Source: a virus
Taxonomy: Duplodnaviria > Caudoviricetes
Virus record (IMG/VR): IMGVR_UViG_3300012933_000132
Span: 1-39,424 of that record
DNA length: 39,424 nt
Direction: 5' to 3' (one strand)
Shown here piece by piece: positions 1-7,430 of this stretch. Both the position numbers and the translations under genes were made by a program. Each line of letters starts with the position of its first letter. The first letter of the stretch is position 1. The notes beneath the pieces were generated by a model. It made no database searches. It saw only the letters and a program-made list of their open reading frames with translations, and had not been told where the DNA came from.

Positions 1-20
1 TCGTCAATAAATTGTGCCAT
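1..20 (-). CDS. Start of probable capsid scaffolding protein (partial, runs off window)
   Basis: ATG at 20 (MAQFID...) preceded by GGAG RBS; position downstream of portal, with the capsid C-terminus at the other window end. Confidence 0.45.
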
Positions 21-66
21 ATAGTCTCCGTGCTTAATAGCATTATGGAAAAGTTCTAAGAAACTC

Positions 67-300
67 TTACGAGTTCCGCTTATTCTCTATCGTCATCTTC
101 TCTTTTCTAACAGCTTCCCATTTCCTGTAGGCCCCGGGGAAGTCGCCAGTAAGCCCTTCAAGTTTTACTTGAGGGGTGGAGATTTGTCTCGATGATAGAA
201 GGCCACATTCAGGACAAGTTATTCCCTCTTCCATGCTTGAGGTAAAATGCTCTGTGATGTGACCTGTGGGACAAGCATAATCAAATGCCCTAACTGCCAT
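67..300 (-). CDS. FmdB-like zinc-ribbon protein
   Basis: MAVRAFDYACPTGH...CPECG zinc-ribbon pattern; start re-called at 300, overlapping the upstream stop. Confidence 0.65.
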   Translation of the reverse strand: MAVRAFDYACPTGHITEHFTSSMEEGITCPECGLLSSRQISTPQVKLEGLTGDFPGAYRKWEAVRKEKMTIENKRNS

Positions 301-517
301 ACGTAGCCTCGTAGTGTTGTTCAATAAGAGGTTGGTAGCCGATAAGACGAGTGAGTAGCTCGACTTGTCCCTTTCTTTGCCAGAATTGTTCTGCACTTGG
401 GATGGTGCTTACATCTTGTAGGCCTTTGAGGTTGTCCTCTAGGTCTTCTTGATAAAGCTTCCAGCCATCTGATGCGAACAAGCTGATAAGATGATCGTAA
501 TATTCTCTGTCTGTCAT
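290..517 (-). CDS. Hypothetical protein downstream of portal
   Basis: 75 aa, MTDREYY...; AGGAG RBS and its own promoter upstream. Confidence 0.7.
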   Translation of the reverse strand: MTDREYYDHLISLFASDGWKLYQEDLEDNLKGLQDVSTIPSAEQFWQRKGQVELLTRLIGYQPLIEQHYEATYGS

Positions 518-550
518 AACATTTCTCCTATGTTTGGATGTTATGTGGTT

Positions 551-579
551 ATTATACCACAAAAAGCCTGACATGTCAA
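551..579 (-). promoter_or_regulatory. sigma70 promoter
   Basis: TTGACA-17 bp-TATAAT on the - strand, intergenic after portal. Confidence 0.85.
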
Positions 580-599
580 GCTCTTTGTGTACTTTTTAG

Positions 600-2555
600 T
601 TACATTCCCTGCATTTGCTTGGCTACAATAGCTTCTTTGCTGGTAATCTCACGTTCTTTCAGTACCAGTTCAGCAAGGCGAGCCCTTCTTTCGAACTCTT
701 TATCACCCTTGTCGTCTGGTTGTAGGTTACCTGACACTGCTTTGATACGATCTGTCTCAAGTTGTGTAGGAATTGCCTGTGCTTCTGTCTGATATTTGAT
801 GGCACGGCCTTGGCTCTCAGCTGCCTGAGCCTGCAACAGCTGGACTTGAGCCTGCACTGTAGCCATTTGCTGTTCCATCTGTTGTTGTTGGGCTTGTTTA
901 GCCTCTGGATTAGGCTGGCTGAGCTGTTTAAGCTGAGCAATTAGCTCTTCTCTGTTAGACAATGACATATTATCCACCACAGCTTCCACCAACATGGGGT
1001 ACATTGGGGAGTCTTGGCCCAATGTCTGCAACAATTGTACCAATTGGGTAACTTCATACTCACGAGCAATGACACCCAAGGAGCTACTTGCTACAAACTT
1101 GAAGTCTTGAGCAGGGAAGTTCTCTGGATCATATTGCATGTAGCGATAGGCGCTCTTCTCAATGAGAGGAATGAGAAAGCAGTCTTGGAAGTTGATCAAT
1201 GTACGCTTGTGACGCTTCATGATGGCTCCAAGAGACATGCTCACAGCACCAGCAGCAGCTTCACCGTTAACCATACCAGACATACCACCAGAATCAATAG
1301 CACCTGTAGCCATCTGTACCATCTTCTGGAGCTGTTCAGCCTGAGCAAATGTAATCTGGTCAATGCTACCAAACTTAAAGGGCATCAACACTTCATTTGG
1401 GTTGCCATTGGTAAGAATGTTCTTGCCGGGTCTAACTTCCAGTTTAGAGCCTCTAGGCATACGTGTAGCGTCCATAGCCATCATAGGATGGACAGTCATA
1501 GCCAAGGCATCAATACGAGCACGAAGCTCTGCATCAAGGGCTTTCTGGCTGTTGTAGCCCTTCTCACAAATGCCACGGCCCCAGAAGCGTCCGGGAACCA
1601 CATCCCAAGGGAAGGCAACTACAGGACGGTCTTGCATCATGAATGGGTTGGCTTCAACCTTCAACAACACACCACCGTTAGCAATGATGATGATGGCTTC
1701 TGTATACTCGGGTTCTTTCTCGTCTTCTGCTTCGTCATCAGCTGGCTCAACATAGTCTTCACCAGACATGGCTTCTTTAAACAAGTCGGTAGGAACTAAG
1801 CCAAAATACTTAGTGAGTCTCACCTTATCATCTGTATACATTGTCAGGTCTTGATCAGGCTCTAAGTCTTGATCAGGAGCTGCTTGTTCGATGTCTACAT
1901 CAAAGTAGATGCCCTTCTCAATGTTCTGTTCCACTTGATGCTTAGGGACAAACTCATCAATGGCAACACCTAGAGCTTCTTCAATGGTAGGAGAAGCTGG
2001 ATCAATCAGGAAGTTCTGTGGAAGAATAGGTCTCCACTTAATAACCTTGCGTTGCTTCTGCATAACACCAACAGCCTGCATAGCACCGTCTAGGATGGGT
2101 TGTGTAGCAGGGACAAGCTCTGTCACCTCATCCAACACAACTTCCATACAGCCTGTACCATACACAGCTGCGTTTAACAAGGCTTCAGCAATTTGTCTAC
2201 GGCCCTTGTTAAACTTAAACTCTTCCTCCAAGCCTTGACGCATGTAGGAAATGTCTGAGTTTTCTTTGTCCTTGTGGTCATCCTTAATATCAAACCACTT
2301 GCCACGACCAAACGTAGCTTCTTCCACCTCGGCAACGCTGCTCTCAACAGCTTGCTGCAAGGCAGGAGCAATGAGCTTACTACGCTCGCTGCTGCGTGTC
2401 TTGTCTTGTGCGTCCCATTGACCACGCCATAGACGATAGTATTCCTCATGCTTAGGTGCATAGTTACTGGTGTAATGATCACGCCATTTATCGGCCTTCT
2501 CAATAACCCAAGCAGCAAGTTTGCTATGTTGTTGTGTGTTTTCTTCCATGCTCAT
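600..2555 (-). CDS. Portal (head-tail connector) protein
   Basis: 651 aa directly after terminase; PGRFWGRG motif, coiled-coil Q-rich C-terminus. Confidence 0.85.
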   Translation of the reverse strand: MSMEENTQQHSKLAAWVIEKADKWRDHYTSNYAPKHEEYYRLWRGQWDAQDKTRSSERSKLIAPALQQAVESSVAEVEEATFGRGKWFDIKDDHKDKENSDISYMRQGLEEEFKFNKGRRQIAEALLNAAVYGTGCMEVVLDEVTELVPATQPILDGAMQAVGVMQKQRKVIKWRPILPQNFLIDPASPTIEEALGVAIDEFVPKHQVEQNIEKGIYFDVDIEQAAPDQDLEPDQDLTMYTDDKVRLTKYFGLVPTDLFKEAMSGEDYVEPADDEAEDEKEPEYTEAIIIIANGGVLLKVEANPFMMQDRPVVAFPWDVVPGRFWGRGICEKGYNSQKALDAELRARIDALAMTVHPMMAMDATRMPRGSKLEVRPGKNILTNGNPNEVLMPFKFGSIDQITFAQAEQLQKMVQMATGAIDSGGMSGMVNGEAAAGAVSMSLGAIMKRHKRTLINFQDCFLIPLIEKSAYRYMQYDPENFPAQDFKFVASSSLGVIAREYEVTQLVQLLQTLGQDSPMYPMLVEAVVDNMSLSNREELIAQLKQLSQPNPEAKQAQQQQMEQQMATVQAQVQLLQAQAAESQGRAIKYQTEAQAIPTQLETDRIKAVSGNLQPDDKGDKEFERRARLAELVLKEREITSKEAIVAKQMQGM

Positions 2556-2564
2556 AGGTTTCCT

Positions 2565-3818
2565 TTAATATCCAGCCCAGCTGTCGATTGGTTCATATTC
2601 TTCTTCTTCTTCCCATTCAGACACATAGGCCTGTTTAGAAAGCTGTTCAATGTAGGAGAGGGAGTCGATCAAGTCATCATGCACCATCGCATTAGGGAAT
2701 TGAAACAACTGATCCAAGAAGGTTGCATTCCATTCTCCCTTGTTAAGTTTAATCTGTCCATGTTCAAAGCGGCCCTGTAAGGCCCAGACAATACGATCAC
2801 TCTTCTTCTTATTACCGTGTGTAAGTTCTTCCACTCTAAAGAATGTCTGGTTCTTACGCATAATGTCTGTTAGGTAGGGCATAACGGCTTGCTTAGCAAT
2901 ACCACGCTCAATACCTACAGCCATAGGTTCATACTTCTTAACAGCTTGGAACAGCTTACGTGCTGTCTCTTCCACTGTCCAACGTCCGTGGATAATGTCC
3001 TTCACCCACCAACCGTCTTCATTCGTTTTAACAATGGCAAAGGAGCTATCATCTAGCTTCTTGCTCTTGCTTCCTTTGCTCTCGTCTGCAAAGCCAGCCA
3101 AGTCACAAGCAATGTAGAAGTCACCTTCTTTTGGTTCTTCCTCATCAAACTTAATCCATTCATCCTTAAACAAGTTACCACCCTGTGCTTCAAATGAAGC
3201 CATGAATTCTTGTCTAAACGCAAAGGAGGACATGCTCTTCTTAGCAGCCTCAATCTCATTAGGGTCAAGGATGGGGTTGTCATAGGAGGTGAAGTGCCAT
3301 CCTTTGAAGGTTGGGTCTTCTCCCTTACAGGCTTGTTGGTATAGGTCATAGAAATGATTACGACCCATAGGAGTTCCAATGAACAAAGCACAGCCCTTCT
3401 GGTCAGCCAAGGCAGGACGCAAGATTTGCTCCCACACTTCTGGCTTCATGTCTGCATACTCGTCCATCACCAAATACTTCAGAGACACACCACGCATTGT
3501 CTCTGGTCGGTCAGCACCCTTAAGGCTGATGGTGGCTCCGTTAACAAGCTTTATCTGGAGGTTGTTGATGTGACTGCCGCTGATGACGCTGTGTCCAACT
3601 TCCAGCAATGTTTGCCACATAATGTCTCGGGCTTGTCCCTGTGTAGGAGCAACATAAAACACATGTCCCTTGTTTGCCTGCAACGCATTGAAGATGAGCA
3701 GGTAGGCGGCAAGGCGGCTCTTTCCTGTTCTTCGTCCAGCTGCAACAACCTTGAATCGTACTGGATCATTCCATACCTTCTGCTGCCAAGGGAGGAGCTC
3801 AATGTTTAAATTGCTCAA
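2565..3818 (-). CDS. terL: Terminase large subunit
   Basis: Walker A VAAGRRTGKS, Walker B LVMDEYA, GTPMGRN coupling motif, nuclease IACDLA and HDDLID. Confidence 0.95.
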   Translation of the reverse strand: MSNLNIELLPWQQKVWNDPVRFKVVAAGRRTGKSRLAAYLLIFNALQANKGHVFYVAPTQGQARDIMWQTLLEVGHSVISGSHINNLQIKLVNGATISLKGADRPETMRGVSLKYLVMDEYADMKPEVWEQILRPALADQKGCALFIGTPMGRNHFYDLYQQACKGEDPTFKGWHFTSYDNPILDPNEIEAAKKSMSSFAFRQEFMASFEAQGGNLFKDEWIKFDEEEPKEGDFYIACDLAGFADESKGSKSKKLDDSSFAIVKTNEDGWWVKDIIHGRWTVEETARKLFQAVKKYEPMAVGIERGIAKQAVMPYLTDIMRKNQTFFRVEELTHGNKKKSDRIVWALQGRFEHGQIKLNKGEWNATFLDQLFQFPNAMVHDDLIDSLSYIEQLSKQAYVSEWEEEEEYEPIDSWAGY

Positions 3819-4396
3819 AACAATCCCTTAACAAAAGCCTTGCCTGATTCCAACGGATTAGACCACCAAGGCTGTTCAGGCTGTTGTGGCTGCTGCTCTG
3901 TATATGTCATAGCAGGGCGCATACGCTCACTGACATGGTTGAAATAGTTTAAAGGAGCAACACCGTTAGCATCTCTAATGTCTTCACCAGCTAGGCTTTT
4001 CTTATAGCCCTTCTGTCCCACTAGGTGAATGCTTGCCATATGTCCTGCTGCATCATGTGGTTCCATGTCAGGAGAAACAAGACCACTCTTCAAGGCTCTG
4101 TTGTAATTCTTTTCTAACATCAGCTTAGCTGCTGTATCTTGTACATCTGGATTGCCAATGAAGTTTTTATAATCAGCAACAATCCAATTCTTTCTGTCCA
4201 TCAGGCCTTTGTTAGTTGTACCGGGCTTCACCCAGCCAATGTCAGCCAAAGCCTTAGCTCCCATCTGGTAACGACCAAGGTAGCCCAGCTTGTTACGAGC
4301 AGCATAATCACCCTTGCCTCGGCTCTCCAACTCACTCAGTGTGTCGAAATATTGCTTGGCATCAAAGGGGACATTAGTGTTCTCTAAAACTGACAT
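3815..4396 (-). CDS. Lysozyme-like / lytic transglycosylase-fold protein
   Basis: LES(R)G..DY.A.N..GYLGRYQMG matches the catalytic Glu and GxYQ motif of lysozyme-like muramidases; start re-called at 4396. Confidence 0.7.
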   Translation of the reverse strand: MSVLENTNVPFDAKQYFDTLSELESRGKGDYAARNKLGYLGRYQMGAKALADIGWVKPGTTNKGLMDRKNWIVADYKNFIGNPDVQDTAAKLMLEKNYNRALKSGLVSPDMEPHDAAGHMASIHLVGQKGYKKSLAGEDIRDANGVAPLNYFNHVSERMRPAMTYTEQQPQQPEQPWWSNPLESGKAFVKGLF

Positions 4397-4757
4397 CTTC
4401 AACTTCCTGTTCATCATTGCCAATGATGGTAGTTTCACCACCAACACCAGTGATAGTGATAGACACAGCAGGCCTACCACCACCATCTTTGTCTTTCTCG
4501 AAATGACTGATTGGTAACAACCGTTCCATAAGCAGCTTCCATGCAGCACTCTGGTTCTTATGGTCATCATCCAACGCAGCATCGTAAATCTTCTCTAACA
4601 CCAGCTTGCTCTTAGGGGAGGCTAACATCCTAGCCCTATATTCAGCAATGACAGAGGCTTCCCCTTTAGGTCTACCCAATGTCCCCGGCTTCTTCTTTTC
4701 AACAATCTCACCCTTACGGGGACGGCCTCGGCCTCTTCGTTTAATTTCTTCTGTCAT
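4374..4757 (-). CDS. terS: Probable terminase small subunit with N-terminal AT-hooks
   Basis: 127 aa upstream of terL; RGRGRPRKG and GRPKG motifs; helical core and beta-rich C-terminus. Confidence 0.7.
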   Translation of the reverse strand: MTEEIKRRGRGRPRKGEIVEKKKPGTLGRPKGEASVIAEYRARMLASPKSKLVLEKIYDAALDDDHKNQSAAWKLLMERLLPISHFEKDKDGGGRPAVSITITGVGGETTIIGNDEQEVEDVSFREH

Positions 4758-4812
4758 CTTTATCCTTAGTGGGGAGATGTTTTATAACAATAACATATAA
4801 CATATAGCTATA

Positions 4813-4885
4813 CAGGACAGCTTCTATGTGAACATACATAGACATTCAGGACAGCTTCTAAGGGAGACCAACAGTCCAGCTTCTT
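4813..4885. repeat. 14-bp direct repeat, 2 exact and 1 degenerate copy
   Basis: CAGGACAGCTTCTA at 4813 and 4847; CAGTCCAGCTTCTT at 4872. Confidence 0.8.
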
Positions 4886-4978
4886 AAGTTACTTTAATGT
4901 CTAACATATTTAGTAATAATTATAATATAATACTATCTATGTCTATGTATGTCATCCTTAGTTCCTTACATAGTTTCT

Positions 4979-5007
4979 ATTATAGCATACTTTAATGCAT
5001 TTGTCAA
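4979..5007 (-). promoter_or_regulatory. sigma70 promoter for the packaging operon
   Basis: TTGACA-17 bp-TATAAT with TGn extended -10, pointing at terS. Confidence 0.85.
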
Positions 5008-5040
5008 GCACTATTTAACCTGTCCCCTATTGTTTAACAC

Positions 5041-5081
5041 TTATCCACAGAAATACTAATGTTATCAACAAGTTATCCACA
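5041..5081 (+). promoter_or_regulatory. DnaA box cluster with overlapping IHF consensus
   Basis: TTATCCACA at 5041 and 5073, TTATCAACA at 5062; TATCAACAAGTTA (5063-5075) fits WATCAA-N4-TTR. Confidence 0.65.
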
Positions 5082-5361
5082 GGCAGGGAGTATTTATATT
5101 GCTTTCTTTTTTGGTACTTTTTTGTATCTAAGAGGGTTCCGCTACATCTTGGTAGCATTTTACCCTCCCCCGGGGTACTCATTTAGTACTACCCTTACAT
5201 TGGGAAGTAGTACCTTCGTAGCACTGTATGTGTGTACATGAAAAGTACCCTCAAAGTGTAACCTCAAAGCATTACATTCCCTGCTCAAAGTACTACCAAG
5301 CTACTAAGGGAAAACACCTAAGCCACCACCATGTGAAACCTTACAAGGATGTAAGCAAATC

Positions 5362-5449
5362 TGCACCAAAGTGGTGAATGCGCGAGAAGCAAGCACCAAT
5401 GCTGTGCATAGGGCAAGAAGCGTGCCAATAAATGCACCATAATGGACAC
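5362..5449. promoter_or_regulatory. Three NtrC-like binding sites
   Basis: TGCACCAAAGTGGTGAA (5362), AGCACCAATGCTGTGCA (5392), TGCACCATAATGGACAC (5433) versus consensus TGCACCA-N3-TGGTGCA. Confidence 0.6.
5413..5428 (-). promoter_or_regulatory. sigma54 (-24/-12) promoter motif, leftward
   Basis: TTGGCACGCTTCTTGC on the - strand, matching TGGCACG-N4-TTGC. Confidence 0.65.
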
Positions 5450-5547
5450 CATGCCTTGGAAACAAAAGTACTACAATGTCATATGATGTAACCTAGAAGC
5501 ATTACATGCCAACATAGAATGAAACCTAATGGGTTAATAAAACCAAG

Positions 5548-5564
5548 CTGGCACGCAACATGCT
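5548..5564 (+). promoter_or_regulatory. sigma54 (-24/-12) promoter motif, rightward
   Basis: CTGGCACGCAACATGCT, GG-N10-GC spacing, upstream of first early gene. Confidence 0.6.
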
Positions 5565-5600
5565 ATATATAAGGGAGACGCTAGGAATAATACCCTAGTG

Positions 5601-5613
5601 AATCAAAGGGTTA
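5601..5613 (+). promoter_or_regulatory. IHF consensus site
   Basis: AATCAAAGGGTTA fits WATCAA-N4-TTR. Confidence 0.5.
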
Positions 5614-5627
5614 TAGAATGACGATAG

Positions 5628-5653
5628 TTGACAGATTAAAATCATGCTATAAT
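5628..5653 (+). promoter_or_regulatory. sigma70 early promoter (extended -10)
   Basis: TGCTATAAT extended -10; TTGACA lies only 14 bp upstream. Confidence 0.6.
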
Positions 5654-5675
5654 TCATTCAAGCTAGAAACGCAGG

Positions 5676-5691
5676 GTTACTAGCAAGTTAC
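5676..5691. promoter_or_regulatory. 16-bp dyad, copy 1
   Basis: GTTACT-AGCA-AGTTAC between the promoter and RBS of ORF 5711. Confidence 0.75.
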
Positions 5692-5710
5692 CAAGTAAAG
5701 GAAACGAATC

Positions 5711-6277
5711 ATGACCAAGAAAAAAGAACCAGTTACACCTAGGGCAATCGGAGCTGCATTCGCTAGCGAGCAAGCAGCAATCGGTGCCAAACTGATTGAC
5801 ACTCTCAAGCAAACGATCAGTGCCTACACCGTTGACCAGCCCGCAGAGCTTGCAGAGCTTGTAGAGGGTTACGGGGAGCAAGTCAAAGGCCTTTACAATG
5901 CCAACACTGCCAAGGTCAGAAAGTCAGAATTTAAAAAAGTTGTTGACCATGCTAGCAAGCAAGAGACCCGCCAAGTGTTGTTCAACATCATTGACACCTA
6001 CGAATCGGTTCAAAGCCTAGTCAAAGATTTACGGGCCTTGGAAAGTGGTTCAAAAGTCATTGACGAAGAGGGAAAAATTACAAAAGCCGAAAAGCCAGAG
6101 AGCGAGAAAAGCGAAGACGGAGAGACGGAAACAGTAGTTATCGAATCTGGAATGTCTCAGCCAAGCATGATCGAAGCCCTTGAGCTGATCATGCAAAGTG
6201 CATATGATGCTGGGTATATCAAAGCAGCCGATCTCTTGCAGCAAGCCATGGCAAGCATTGGCAAGGGCGAGAAGTGA
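5711..6277 (+). CDS. Hypothetical early protein
   Basis: 188 aa, AAGGA RBS, first gene of the + arm. Confidence 0.8.
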   Translation: MTKKKEPVTPRAIGAAFASEQAAIGAKLIDTLKQTISAYTVDQPAELAELVEGYGEQVKGLYNANTAKVRKSEFKKVVDHASKQETRQVLFNIIDTYESVQSLVKDLRALESGSKVIDEEGKITKAEKPESEKSEDGETETVVIESGMSQPSMIEALELIMQSAYDAGYIKAADLLQQAMASIGKGEK

Positions 6278-6298
6278 GCAAAGGGAAAAAGGGAGAGG

Positions 6299-6328
6299 TT
6301 GACAGACCTCTCTCCCCTGATGTATACT
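6299..6328 (+). promoter_or_regulatory. sigma70 promoter
   Basis: TTGACA-18 bp-TATACT, intergenic. Confidence 0.6.
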
Positions 6329-6372
6329 GGCTTTACCAGCTGGAAGCGTGTTGTCAAGCACGTTTCTTCGTG

Positions 6373-6388
6373 GTAACTAGCAAGTAAC
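6373..6388. promoter_or_regulatory. 16-bp dyad, copy 2
   Basis: GTAACT-AGCA-AGTAAC just before the RBS of ORF 6407. Confidence 0.75.
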
Positions 6389-6406
6389 TTTTTAAAGGAA
6401 ATTTAA

Positions 6407-6658
6407 ATGTTTGATTTTGTCAAGAGTTTTTTTGTGGCTCGTAAACACACACAAAATACCATCGGTAGGTTTGTGACAGTTTATGCCGCTGGTGTTCCAC
6501 ACAATGGCAAGATTGTTTCAGCTGGGTTTTTTCGTGTAGGGGTAAAGCTTGCACACAGTGGCAACATTGTCCACATCAAGCCCACATTGGTAGCACGTGT
6601 ACATCGTGACAAGAAGCGTTTGGTTACACGTAAGCAACCAGATGCCATTGCAATTTGA
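6407..6658 (+). CDS. Hypothetical basic protein
   Basis: 83 aa, AAGGA RBS. Confidence 0.75.
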   Translation: MFDFVKSFFVARKHTQNTIGRFVTVYAAGVPHNGKIVSAGFFRVGVKLAHSGNIVHIKPTLVARVHRDKKRLVTRKQPDAIAI

Positions 6659-6797
6659 TAGGAAACTATGTAAGCCCATCCATGTGGGCTTACGTGGCCT
6701 GCCTTATGGAGAACTAAATGAATGATAGACAATTTACCCTTTGTTGCCTGCTAGTGATAGCTGGTGTTTTGTTAATGCTGTTTTTGGAGAATACATA

Positions 6798-7430
6798 ATG
6801 CTGTCTCGTACATCTAAGCTAGGCTGTTATAGCTGGAGCTTACAAGCTGTGGATAAGTGTCCTGCGTCACGTGGTGATGACGGTGAGCTTGTTGAGGTTT
6901 GTAAGGGTTGTTATGCCACACAAGGCTTTTATCACATGCCTGATGCCATTTCCTTACGTGAGCGTAATGACAAGGAATGGAGGCAGGACACGTGGGTGTC
7001 AGATATGACACACGCTTTGCGTAAGCAGACCCACTTCAGATGGTTTGATTCTGGGGATATGTACACCGAAGCATTGGCATGGAAAATACATGCTGTTTGT
7101 GAAGCAACGCCATGGTGTAAGCACTGGTTGCCCACACGTATGCACAAGTTCACCAAGTTTTCTAGGGTTATTGATGCCCTGAATGACTTAGACAATGTTG
7201 TTGTTAGGTTTTCTAGTGACAACGTAGGACAACACATTGATGGGCTGTATGTTTCTCTTGTTGTTGACACGTACAAGCATGTAGACAAGACACATGTTTG
7301 TCCCTCTAGTTTGCAGGGAGGCAAATGCCTTACATGCAGGGCTTGTTGGAGCAAGGACACACAGAGCGTGGCCTATGTTGCACATAGCAACAAGATGCAC
7401 AAGATTATTCGTATGAAGGTGGAACAATGA
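6798..7430 (+). CDS. Gp88-like Cys-rich protein
   Basis: SKLGCYSWSL...CP...CKGCYA, RWFDSGD, HWLPTR and terminal C-C-C-CW; GGAG RBS before ATG 6798. Confidence 0.7.
   Translation: MLSRTSKLGCYSWSLQAVDKCPASRGDDGELVEVCKGCYATQGFYHMPDAISLRERNDKEWRQDTWVSDMTHALRKQTHFRWFDSGDMYTEALAWKIHAVCEATPWCKHWLPTRMHKFTKFSRVIDALNDLDNVVVRFSSDNVGQHIDGLYVSLVVDTYKHVDKTHVCPSSLQGGKCLTCRACWSKDTQSVAYVAHSNKMHKIIRMKVEQ

Larger units (their letters stand above)
5257..5507. repeat. 21-bp direct repeat with internal dyad, two copies
   Basis: TGTAACCTCAAAGCATTACAT (5257-5277) and TGTAACCTAGAAGCATTACAT (5487-5507). Confidence 0.8.

Noticed and set aside
4397-4582. N-terminal hydrophobic extension of the lysozyme-like ORF as a SAR or signal anchor
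   Set aside because: It lies wholly within terS in another frame; ATG 4396 is the more plausible start
5059-5241. 60-aa ORF in the control region
   Set aside because: No RBS; it overlaps motif-dense DNA and has no protein-like features
5477-5492. Pho-box-like TGTCAT-ATGA-TGTAAC
   Set aside because: The repeat period is 10 bp rather than the 11 bp of a Pho box
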